The position numbers and the translations under genes were made by a program. Positions 12,577 to 22,729 of a stretch of DNA of 36,032 nt are shown piece by piece; position 1 is the stretch's first letter, and every line of letters begins with the position of its first letter. This DNA is from Xylographa opegraphella (lineage: Eukaryota). Where the stretch lies: assembly GCA_022813865.1 (NCBI GenBank), contig JALDZX010000007.1:620001-656032 (forward strand), in the 5' to 3' direction. Under the pieces are notes generated by a model. The model was given only the letters and a program-made list of their open reading frames with translations, searched no databases and had not been told where the DNA came from.

Positions 12577-14448
12577 CACGGTACGGCTCGTTACCGTAGC
12601 GGACCGCGCAGGTAGGGTTAGGGCTTCGGTTTGATAGAGTGCAAACGAAGGAATACCAATGCGAAACAAAGCAGACGGCCCGTTCACTTATACCCAAGAA
12701 ACCCTGCTTGACCGTCATTTAGTTCTTGCATCCGCCTCCTCACTTTGTTCCCGTCGTTCGGCTTCGAAGCCGCGTTCTTGACCTGCCATCGAAGTCCTGA
12801 CAGCCGGATAGCCGCCTCGGGCTCGGATCTTCCTTGATTGGCCTTGAGTGACCATGCATGTTATGCGTTTTATGCTCTGATTTTTTTGAGTTCCGAACGG
12901 CACCGCTGTAATCCGATGAACATGCATGGAGACGTCAACGATATACTAAATTTCATGGTACCACTGTTCACCGGCTGTCTCAACTTGTGCAAGAATTAGG
13001 GACGAGCGCACTTTGGGCATTTGTGGCGGTATCCACGTGAGTGCAAAGGAGTCCCACGAAGCGAGTGATTGGTCTGGTGGTACCATGCTTGCGCTGGTCG
13101 GTAGGTACGAAAGGCGGGACACGCGACTATTCGACCGGTTTGACAGCGGTTGACAGACATGGATAGCAGAAGCGTTTTACAACTTCCAATTGAATAACCC
13201 TTGATCGATATCTTCATGCAGATGTTGATACATATCGTATCTTCTCCTACTACGAGCTTCGTTTGGATATCTCTCTATGGTTCATTTCGGCTGGACTGCT
13301 TTGTACAGTAACTTAGACTGGGCAGAAGCACTAAGATTACCACTCCCGCTTGGGTGTAATTGCGAAAAGGAGTAGGTCTAGTACTTTCATTGGAAGAAGC
13401 GCGCCTTGTGGCTTAACGGCCCGCACAAACAATCTTTCATGCCGTAGCAGCTTTGTGTTCAAGGATCCCTCTTACCCCCAACATTGCTCTTGCTACTCCG
13501 TACTACATCCCGAGATGGTCTGTTCTTCCGGTGCGCTTCATAATGTGCCTCTGGTAACCTGGACCCAATCCCGCACTGGTAACACGGCTCGCACGGCACC
13601 AGTAACATATTCTAGTGTCTAAGGTACGGCAGGGCTTTTCTGTGCAACGTATTGGCAAAGTATCTATGGTACCTATCATCTACACAGCTATCATAACCCG
13701 GATCTATCGTGATCATCATCGATAGTTTTCGCCATCTCCAACTCTGATGTAATGCGTAACTGGTGGTCGTGCAGAGCTTCCGCTTCACTCAGGAATGAGA
13801 GCACTTATCATGCCCGAGCACGCTAGCCACTGTCTGATATGGTGTGAGCATACTGTTGGGTCAACTGAGCCGGATAATCATGTTACTACGACGTATTGCA
13901 ACTTTGAGCAGGATATACCGCAATTACATGACCGATAAGCGGTCAGAAGACGCCTCATTGTTGAAAGATTAGAGAAACATTGACCTCTGAGACCGCGTCG
14001 AGACTCGCGAGAACGAGTAAGCCAATCTCGTTTGAAGTGCTGCGTGAAGTACAACCTCAGGTTCAGTAGAACGAGAAAGCTTGCCGGGTGTTGGCGCGAA
14101 TGGGCTTGGTGGATGCTCGAGCGAGCGGTTCTCTGCACGACACAGAAGGTGAACTCTCCATATTCACGGACTGGGTTCAAGGTCGGCACCGATATGACAG
14201 AGGACACCGGAGAAGGCAAAGATATATGCCTGGATGCACGGAGCCTTCACGCGGGCCACACCACCCTTGCGAACATCGAATTTCAAGCTTAGGCAACGTC
14301 ACAGCTTCAATGGTGCAATACGAAGGATAATCTCATCTGGCATGGGCAAAGCAAATGTACAGGCTGCAATATACCTGAAACTTACCGTCCAGAAACGTAT
14401 TGATCTATCCCACGTAGGAATCGATTTTGTCAAGCATGATCTGAATCT

Positions 14449-17384
14449 TCAAAGGAATTCTACCTCCTCGAACATACCAGCCCTGATTTCGATCAGAGCC
14501 GCCAGCTCAAGGATGAACTCTTGGAGGACAATAATATTTGTCAGTAGATGGCCCAAGGTAACCTCTCTGGTCGTCATTCCTCCTGAACTGGGCTCGGCGG
14601 ACCCGCTCCGTACACTGCTTGCTTCACTGCTTGATAAGTCCCGGTTGTGTCGCCGTTTATTCTCTGCTTTCCCAACAACCTGAACTGTCCGAAGCAGTGC
14701 TCCGGAAGGTCGATGGTTCAAGGCGCTGATTTTTGGTGGAGTTGATGGGATTGAGAGGGCCCTTAGTGGAGAAGGAGAATAAGCCCTGGAGCTACCTTGA
14801 GAGGGAGATCGGGAAGGGGACACGTAGAGATGACTTAATCGGCCAACTATTGTCGGATTCGATGAATTTTCTAGCTGCCGGCCACGAGGTGAACTATTTC
14901 GTGAATCACTGCCTGAGAACCTTTCTGAACGTAAGCGCTCCGATATCGACTCCATTTGACCTTTGTTTCGAGGCCAGTTGGGTGACGTGTCCGGTATATC
15001 TCGCAGTATCCGGGGTATACTCATCGTGTCCGGCAAATTCCGTCCAGGTCCCTCGTCCACACCGACCATAACTCTACATTCCTTGAGACACACACTGAAG
15101 TCTTGAATTTCCTCATAAAGTATCTCGGCCTTCTGCACAAGCTTGTGGATAACCGAGACGACAGGAGAGATGTCTTTCATATGCCATGATGCATCGTGAG
15201 TGGGTAACGATTGCATAATTGACAGTGACTTTCCGCGGACGAGCGTGTTTATTCCTCCATCCTCTCTAACCGAAGCTGTGATTCCTTCCTTCGTTTCCGC
15301 ACCGTCAGAGTGGGTTTGGTTGACAGGATCAGTGAGAAACCATCCTTCTATCCTCGTATAACCACAACTTGCTAGCTCAATAAGTACTTCCGTCAACCCA
15401 AGATTCGTCTCAACATCATTCAAATAGAAATTCTCCAGCAATCCCAACAAGCAAAGCAGGAGAGGATCACTTGCTACCAACGTATGCTTCTTCATGGCCA
15501 ATCCAGCATCAATACTCATACTAACTGGTCGCGCATTATTCTCGTCAGAATGTAACCAGCCCCGCGCAGTGCAACTATGACTTTCTAAACGAATACGGCT
15601 ATCTTGGAGATACCGATTGTACGATTCCTCACTAGTTGGTAAGTCAGCAATGTTTTCGGCCATTGACAGCAGGTTGTCAATCTGTCTTTCATGGCTATCA
15701 GCAGTACGTCGCTTATCGGAATCCCTGGCGGAGCGAGCTTTAAGCAGCAGTACCAATGCCTGGGGATGATGTTTGCGGAGTATGACAGACAGCAGCCGAA
15801 GGGTGGCAGCCAGTGTCTGCTGATGTTTGGATTCGAGACTTCCAATTATCAGATCAGCAAGATTGAAGAGATCAGGAGATGGATTATCGCCTCCATTTGC
15901 CAGGCTGACAACAAGGCCTTCAGATTTCCGTCGTCTTGCTAATGCTGTCGGGCTTATCGAGGATTCCGAATCTGACGATGCATTATGAATGCCGAAAAGA
16001 TACTGCAGTGTCAATCGAGTCAGATCAGGATGGTCGATAGACTCGAGTATATGACACAGGTATGTCAGTACAGCAACGGAGGAACCACCATCACTATCCG
16101 AAGACTCTAATAACGACGGATACCTTGAGCATATCGTTAGTGGTGGATAGTATGCAGTAGAAGATTTAGACATACAGAAGTTGTTGGAGGAAAAGGAATT
16201 GAAAATGATCAAGCAATGTTTGCTTGATATCAATAGAGGTGCAGTGCTCCAATAGATCTTGCCAGAAGACTAACGAGGCGAGGAAGGTGGCGAGATGGGC
16301 TTGATACTCAGGCGAAGTGGTCTCTGCTGCCCCTGCAACAGACCCAAAGTCGACCCTGTCCGCCAAGGACAAGACCGTAGGAATTTCCTGCTTATAGTAG
16401 GACAATGAAAGTTTTCTGCAAGAGTTAGCTTCGGTCTCAGTATTGCACTGACAAATTCGAAATTACCGGCTGAGTTGGCTGTAAAGAGCTCCAAGACCAC
16501 TTGCCATGAAGGATGCCATATCGCCCTCTACTATCCATTTCTCCAGAACTTCCGAGTGAACAGCTGACTCAATAAGATAAAGTAAGCCCATACGGGCGAA
16601 TTCCCCGGATCGACCTTCAGCGGGCACGTATTGGAGTAGGATGTAGAATAGTGGAAAGTCATCATTCCTGGTCTCGATTGGGATTACATTTCCCGCGTCA
16701 TCCGGAGAATCCCCACATCTATGTGTGCTGGGTCTGAACCATATTGCTAGTATCTCCGGCTGCAAGCGGATCCGGGAAGCAATGGCAAACAGAACTTCAA
16801 GCATCGCATCTTCTATCTCGACGTCCACAGCTGTTGGTGCCGCTTTTATCACACTGTCGACGAATTGAGGCAATGTATTTGCAAAACTGCGATCCTCCAG
16901 AAAAGCCTCATCTTCACTATCAATCAGAAGACTGCATATCCCCAGAGCTTCGTGTGTAATGCCATCATCCTTGAAAGCAGACCCAACTCTGCAGACAACA
17001 AGCAGCAATCTCGATGTGGCTGAAAATGCGACACATAGATGCGGCGTGGGTCCTCGAGAGTCATCTTGGAGTAGCTCGGATAGGCGGCGGAGGCATATAC
17101 GAATGTTCTCTGCCACGAAGGCGTCTGTTGAGACGCTGTCTCCGTTGTGCCATATTCGCTAACCAATCATCAGATACAGCAGCACTATGCGTGGGAAGAA
17201 AGCATACCAGAAGAGTATTGTATGTTGATTTGAACTGGGCCAGCCGCTGTTGTGGAGTCTTAGGAATGGACTGTTTGTTAGGTGTGGAAGTCGCACCACC
17301 GATCAGGCGTGACCACTGCAGAGAACCTGATCAGTAGACGATTACTTGCGAGTAGACCGGACCAAGAATACCTACAAAGTCCAT
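14449..17384 (-). CDS. FHIP/FAM160 (RAI16-like) protein of the FTS-Hook-FHIP complex; exons 17384-17376, 17315-17208, 17158-16467, 16415-16176, 16123-14449
   Basis: Spliced N-terminus MDFWSRLIGG, 'FPLFYILL', 'ARMGLLYLIE', 'MASGLGALYSQLSRKL', 'YPSLLESSD', C-terminal 'LLTNIIVLQEFILELAALIEIR'. Confidence 0.9.
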
Positions 17385-17834
17385 AGCTATCCTTCATTGT
17401 ATTTGGTAAACCATGACCCGGCGTGGGAATCGCCAAATCTCTATCCCTTGTTCCTACGTAACTTGGTAGATATGGTACCTTAGGTATGTGTAATACTCAA
17501 ATATACCACTAGTGGGTATTTTACACATCGCTGTACTGTGGTAGTTCTAGGTAAATTCTTCGCTCTCCCCGCATTAGCTTCTCCCTTACTTCATCTCGAG
17601 GTGCATGTATACACAACATTGAGATGTGGAGTGGATGCTCATGCTAGTCCGCTGTAAGCGGCATAGGCCCTTTACCCAAGGGTATGTATAGCTGCTATTC
17701 TAGAATACATACTGTATGCTCATACGATTTTGTGTTTCCGAAAGCCAACTGGCTATCATGACCACACATTGTATGTATGCAAGCAATAATCAGGACCCCA
17801 AGAAAATCGAGGCCAGGAGAAACGACACATCCTC

Positions 17835-18640
17835 TTACGAGTCCTCATCCTCTTTCTTCCTCCTCCTTGGTGCAGCTCTCTTCCTCTTCCCTTCCCCTGC
17901 GCCTTCACTATCTTCTTCTTTCTTTGGTGCTGGAGCATCTGCGACTTTCGAGATGATCTCTGCCAGGAAATCGAACTGCTCATCTCTCTCGATGACCTGC
18001 TTCAGATGTGCTGCCGTCACCTTCTTCGCAGACTTCGATCTTGCTTGACTGGCCGCCTTTGTCACCAAGGAGATCATGAAGAGCTCCAACGCTTTCGCTA
18101 TCGACCGTCGACGTCAGCACACATGAATCCGCCGAAAGGAGCTTCCGCGGAATGCCACTCACAAACAGCGGTCGGCGTTACCTGAGCCACCTTTCCGACG
18201 TCTTCGTCGGCCTGCATAATCCGCTTAATCCTCGCTACCGGGAACTTGGTCTTCACTTCGATGCCCTCATCGGCTCCAGGCGCAGGCTTGCCAAAGTCCT
18301 CCTCGACCTTGGCTTTCTTCGACCTGCGGCCGCTCGAAGGTGTCGAAGGCCCGGGCGCCCACTCGTCGTCCACTTCGGTGTTAGCTCGGGGACGACGTGG
18401 CATTGTGTCGGAAGGGAGATTCGCCGGGGAATGGGATGAATAGCGACCGTGGTACGGAGATAGAGGGCCTGCGTGTACCAGAGGTTGGTATGTGTTTGGG
18501 TATCGGGACTGGTAGCCTTGCTGGGGTAGTGGTTGCAAAGGGAGTCCGTACGTAGGTATAGGTGAATGAGCCGGTATCAGAGTGGAGTGATAGCCTGAAA
18601 GATCAGGGGACTGTGGTGCGTATGTATTCCCTTCACTCAT
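17835..18640 (-). CDS. Negative cofactor 2 alpha subunit (Bur6/DRAP1/NctA-like, histone fold); exons 18640-18163, 18097-17835
   Basis: '[39 protein letters not shown]...[17 protein letters not shown]'. GTGAGT...GCTGAC...TAG intron. Confidence 0.93.
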
Positions 18641-18676
18641 TATGATGGACGCTGGAGATCTATGGTTTCGCTAACA

Positions 18677-19226
18677 GTGGTTTGGAACACAAACCACCGA
18701 CGAAGGATGTAATAATGTGACTGGCAGGCGATTAACCGTAACCCTAAGTGGCCCGAGCTTTTCGAAGTCAAGCAGAAGCTGATTCGCTGACCGCGTTCTG
18801 ACACATGCGACTCTTTCAGTAAGTTAACCGGGCTGGCTGGGCGGGTTTGTTGGGCGCACGGAAGTGGGGGATCCTCCGATCCATTTATGCATCTGGTGCC
18901 GCGTCCGCCTGCGGAATGCTTGCAGGGATCCGCCCGGCGCTAATACGCGTCGCCTGAAAAAAACTGCCTGTCGCCTAGGGCTCACGTCGGCGGCGGCTCA
19001 GTTCGACGACGGACAACCACCGTGGAATTCGCTGAGTGATGATAAAGAGCAACCATACGAATGACTGCAGATGCATAACTCTGGGCATGGCGCTGCAAGA
19101 TCCGACCGGAGCCTCGGGATAGCTGTGATATCCCGAATGGTTCTGGGGGGCTTCAACGCTTGCTTCCGCACCTTGTGGAACAGTCGATGATGGCCATAAT
19201 TACTTGATCTAATCTGACAGCACCAC
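18677..19226 (+). ncRNA. Candidate telomerase RNA (TER/TR); 5' end uncertain
   Basis: Template TAACCCTAA 18739-18747. Enclosing helix GGCAGG 18723-28 / CCTGTC 18967-72. Pseudoknot GCGAC 18807-11 / GTCGC 18949-53 with TCTTT loop and CAGT 18817-20 / AAAAAA-ACTG 18957-66. Three-way junction 19096-19206 with P6.1-like ATG-ATGGC-CAT. Ends at a putative ACAAGT 5' splice site. Pairings read by eye. Confidence 0.62.
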
Positions 19227-19281
19227 ACAAGTCCCACGGTCTCATCGATACATGTTGTCAAACTGACTGGATTGGTGCTAG
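19227..19281 (+). other. Putative TER terminal intron (spliceosomal 3'-end processing signal) with non-canonical 5' splice site
   Basis: ACAAGT 19227-32, branch point ACTGAC 19262-67, CTAG 19278-81. Length 55 nt matches the introns of neighbouring genes. Confidence 0.5.
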
Positions 19282-19345
19282 GTAGATGAGATTGGCTTCA
19301 ATTGCTGGTTATCTACGTACGTCTCTGCACTCCATCTTGTTCCTA

Positions 19346-20572
19346 TCAATCTTTCTTAGCAGCAATGTTGCACAAACGCGCACTGCGACGTGGTACTTCC
19401 TCCGTCTGAAGTCGGGCTGTCTGCGATTTGGACGACGTTCGATGGTGGCCGAATTCCTTCTCTATGAGTTTCGCCCAGTCTACTTCTTGAAAGTACGGAA
19501 TCCCAGCCTCGTCGAGCATATCATCCCAAGCCTCAGGCTCTTCTCTTTTCGTGGCAAGGTTTTTCTGGATCAGCATCGTGGACTCCTAGTCTGTATATCA
19601 GTAAGGTATGCCATCGCCTTACGGAGAACAAACATCACCTGATATAGTGTCGCAGCTGGAGTTTTCGTCCCTTTCCTAGTCATCTCTCGGATCATTTCGC
19701 GGTAATCTGCATCCGCTGATAGTTGCACCTTCGGGTATTGTCCCGTCGTTGTCCTGCTCACTCGTCGTGATCCTATCTCCACCAGTTGGTACAGCCACGG
19801 CCCTGTGCCCATGTTGGGAATATGTTCGCCTCTGCTACTCATTGTCGCGGAGAGACTATTGAGAATCGGCTTGAGGTCGTCCAAAGAATCATCAACAGAT
19901 AGATAGGCGTCCCGTAATTCCGTACCCGTCTCTGTCTGCCTCAGAAGTTGAACTTTTACACGTTTGGGCCCTTTCACCGGGGGGTTCTGAAGCTTATACA
20001 GCTCAGCTATCTTCAGTCGCGCAGAGCCTCGCTTCGATTTGAGGTGGCTCAAGTCTTGCTCGCTCATACCTGCCGCCAGAAGTCTCTGTTCTATGATTGT
20101 TTCTGCCTCTATCACCACGTCACTGTGTTCCTTCATCTTCTTACAGATCCATTGTTCGCGTTCCCATCCTGTATGACCAACTTTCATCGCATTGATAACT
20201 GTAAGTTGCCAGCGTGTTCCAGCCGGTCTGGGCTCAAGATCTAAGTAGGTGAGCTTGGTGATTTTCTCTGGTTGATATACCGCGGTGAACCCGATCATGC
20301 CGCTATTGAAGGCTTCTTCTTGAAGCCATCCAATGACATCTTCAGGTGTCGGAATCTCAACACGGTCTACTTGGTTCTTCTGTGCCATAACTCTGCGAAA
20401 ATATAGCAAGTCCAGGGTTTTATTAGGGTTTGCGCGAGTTTGGGGCTATTGCAGATTTAGTTGCTACACCAGATCGTGATGGTATTCTCACCTTGTAGTG
20501 AATCGAAAGCCAAATTGGCAGATTCGGGATTGTCAACACGAGAAACGCGTGGGAAGGAGCCTTCCATGCCAT
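19346..20572 (-). CDS. Hypothetical protein, ~375 aa, unrecognised family; exons 20572-20492, 20445-19639, 19585-19346
   Basis: Two phase-0 introns (GTGAGA...CTAAA...TAG, 46 nt; GTGATG...ACTGAT...TAG, 53 nt) join three frames into one ORF starting MAWKAPSHAFLVLTIPNLPIWLSIHYKPQ. Confidence 0.7.
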
Positions 20573-21030
20573 TCACGTATGCGCCAGTAAAGTTTCAGCA
20601 CAACCCATCTGTCTTCATCTAAACTCTTCTCAGATAGTAGTCTAGAATTCATCGTTATCTCACATTTTGCTAGTTCAACCACAACATTGAATGGATTTGA
20701 TTTTGAGCGCGACTCTCTATGTATACGTTTCACGCGTGCTTATTGCTGCTAGTAATTCACCAGGGAATGAGCTTTGCCTTCCGATTTGCGTATCTGGTGG
20801 TCCAACCGTATATACAATTACAATAATAACGACATCTTGAATTGCGAGAGAGAAGAGTGGGATCTAGAAAGCCTCGCATGAATCCCTCCCACAACACAAT
20901 CTATGCAGACGCTAAAGTCATAACACACCCTGTCTTTACTTCTCATCTTGGAACGCCAGTGTGAGCGAATAGTGATTTAGTACTTCGCCGTGTGAGGCCA
21001 TCCACGCTCCAGCGAATTCCGCTCCCTAGC

Positions 21031-21785
21031 TTAGAAAAGTGCCTTTCTTGTGACCTGCAGTCCCGTTAGCTCGAGCCACACCTGCTGCTCGCAACAGAGT
21101 TACGACTCACTGCCCAAGCACCAGCCGCACCTGCGACCAGGCCACCGCTAATCAACATCGGCCTCAACCCTCTCGTGCTCTTGAACAGCATCCCGCTCAC
21201 GGCGCCCGCCATGACGCTGTTGACCCCATCGTGCCGTCCTCTGTAATGCCCAATGGTGCTGTTGACCAAGTTGTACACCAGCGCAATCACCCCCGCGCTA
21301 TTGCCCAGAAACGGCCCCCGTCTCGTCACGCTGTTAAGCACGCTATTCAGCCTCAGCTTCGGCGGCGCATTCGGCGGACTCCGGTTCAGCCCCTCGGTCA
21401 AGCCCCACGCGCCGCCGAGGGTCAGTGCTCCGAGGTAAGTGACGCCGGTGCCGTAGCAGAGGTCGTCTGACCAGCCGCGGGAGGGGAGGGCGGATTGCGC
21501 GCCCGGGAGAGAGGAGAGGGCCGAGTCTTCGAGAGTGAGGTAGTCGAGGGTGTCTTGGTTGAGGTTCGCGAGGGGGTGAAGACGAGAAGGGTCGGCGTAG
21601 GGGCTGGATAAAAGGATGGAGGAGGCGTCCCGCGCGGCGGTGAGGTCGGCGGTGAAGGATGTTGTTGGGGCGGAGTCCGTGAGTGAGGCTGCAGTGTCGG
21701 TGGTGGTCGCTGGGGGCGAGGCGGCGGATGATGAAGGCGACGACGAGGAGGGACGTTGGCCGGTAAGGCTATCCCAGAGTGTCAT
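21031..21785 (-). CDS. TIM23: Mitochondrial inner membrane translocase Tim23; exons 21785-21111, 21054-21031
   Basis: 'LHPLA', 'LPSRGWSDDLCYGTG', 'KLRLNSVLNSVTRRGPFLGNSAG', 'GMLFKSTRG'. GTGAGT...GCTAAC...CAG intron gives C-terminus VTRKALF*. Confidence 0.96.
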
Positions 21786-22729
21786 ATCGAAAGAGGGTTA
21801 TGGGTTCATAGACGTGAGGATTTCGCACTCATTCAAGATCTCGCTGAGAGTATTGGAATGAAGCCGTGATGTAAAAATTATGGCCCTTCCTCGGCGGGAT
21901 GTCGGGCCGCCCTGATGCTCCGATTTTGCTCCGCGACAGTGCAACGTTGAACGAGTGAATAATCCGTTGAAAGTAAGTACTGCAGCTTGCCGTTTTCCAT
22001 TTCCTTCTCTAAATTCACCAACTCCTTCCTCACTATTACATTCTTCTAGGACTTGATCCTTCAGCTCAGATAGGGTTAGGTTCCTGAGCAGCAACCATTC
22101 AATCCTTCGGCGCCTCCTCCTGACCCAATACCAGAAACTCCACACGATTTTTAGTAATCGTTTTTCTCGCCAATGACGATACACTCAGTCTTCGCCAAGC
22201 GGAAGAGCTAGCACAAAATCTAAAGGTTACCGTAATGGAGAAAGTCTTCTATGACGGATAAGGAGATCTCTATAGACGCCTTCGGATATCATGGAGCGGT
22301 TGTTTACAATATTCTTCAAGATGGAAAATACGGTCTAGTAAATCAGATATTTATAAGTATTTTAAAGTTTACTTTGAAATCGTTGACTAATAATCCAATT
22401 TAAACAAAAGGCTTTTGCCCTTGTTGCTCTATTGACTCGATCGTCGGTTCCTATAGATCATGGCCCGATAGACTCAAAATACGGAGGCCACATCGGATGA
22501 GGAATATCGTCTTGCCTGCGTTGATGACGTAGCTACAAAGCAAGCTAGGAATGGTATTAGGAATCGGCGTCACTTTTATCGATCCACAGATTAAGAGAAT
22601 AAAACCACTGTTTATATATATGTCCATTCAATGGTTTATCCAAGTTTACACTATTTCAAGGGTACCTCATTCGGGGTCAACCTGTACGAATCTTTATGAT
22701 CTACGTAGGATGCCAGAATGCGGATGGCT

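Noticed and set aside
12613..12623. TAGGGTTAGGG as an alternative telomerase template
   Set aside because: Lies in the P450 leader with no pseudoknot or junction elements visible. The same applies to TAGGGTTAGG at 22071-80 and the copy near 20423 inside a coding exon.
13878..14330. Short overlapping ORFs downstream of FHIP, possible pseudogene
   Set aside because: No recognisable domain or consistent splice model.
18819..18978. Canonical GTAAGT ... GCTAAT ... TAG as an internal intron in the TR candidate
   Set aside because: The first AG is more than 30 nt past the branch-like motif, and excision would destroy the pseudoknot. Probably coincidental, though RNA-seq should be checked.
18677..19226. 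Alternative identities: RNase P/MRP RNA, group I intron, C/D snoRNA (GTGATGA at 19036)
   Set aside because: No CR-I/CR-V P4 motifs, no P/Q/R/S core and no suitably placed D box found by eye.
21798..22420. 128-aa non-ATG ORF and AT-rich patch upstream of TIM23 as a transposon or RIP relic
   Set aside because: No transposase or RT motifs, terminal repeats or target-site duplication seen.
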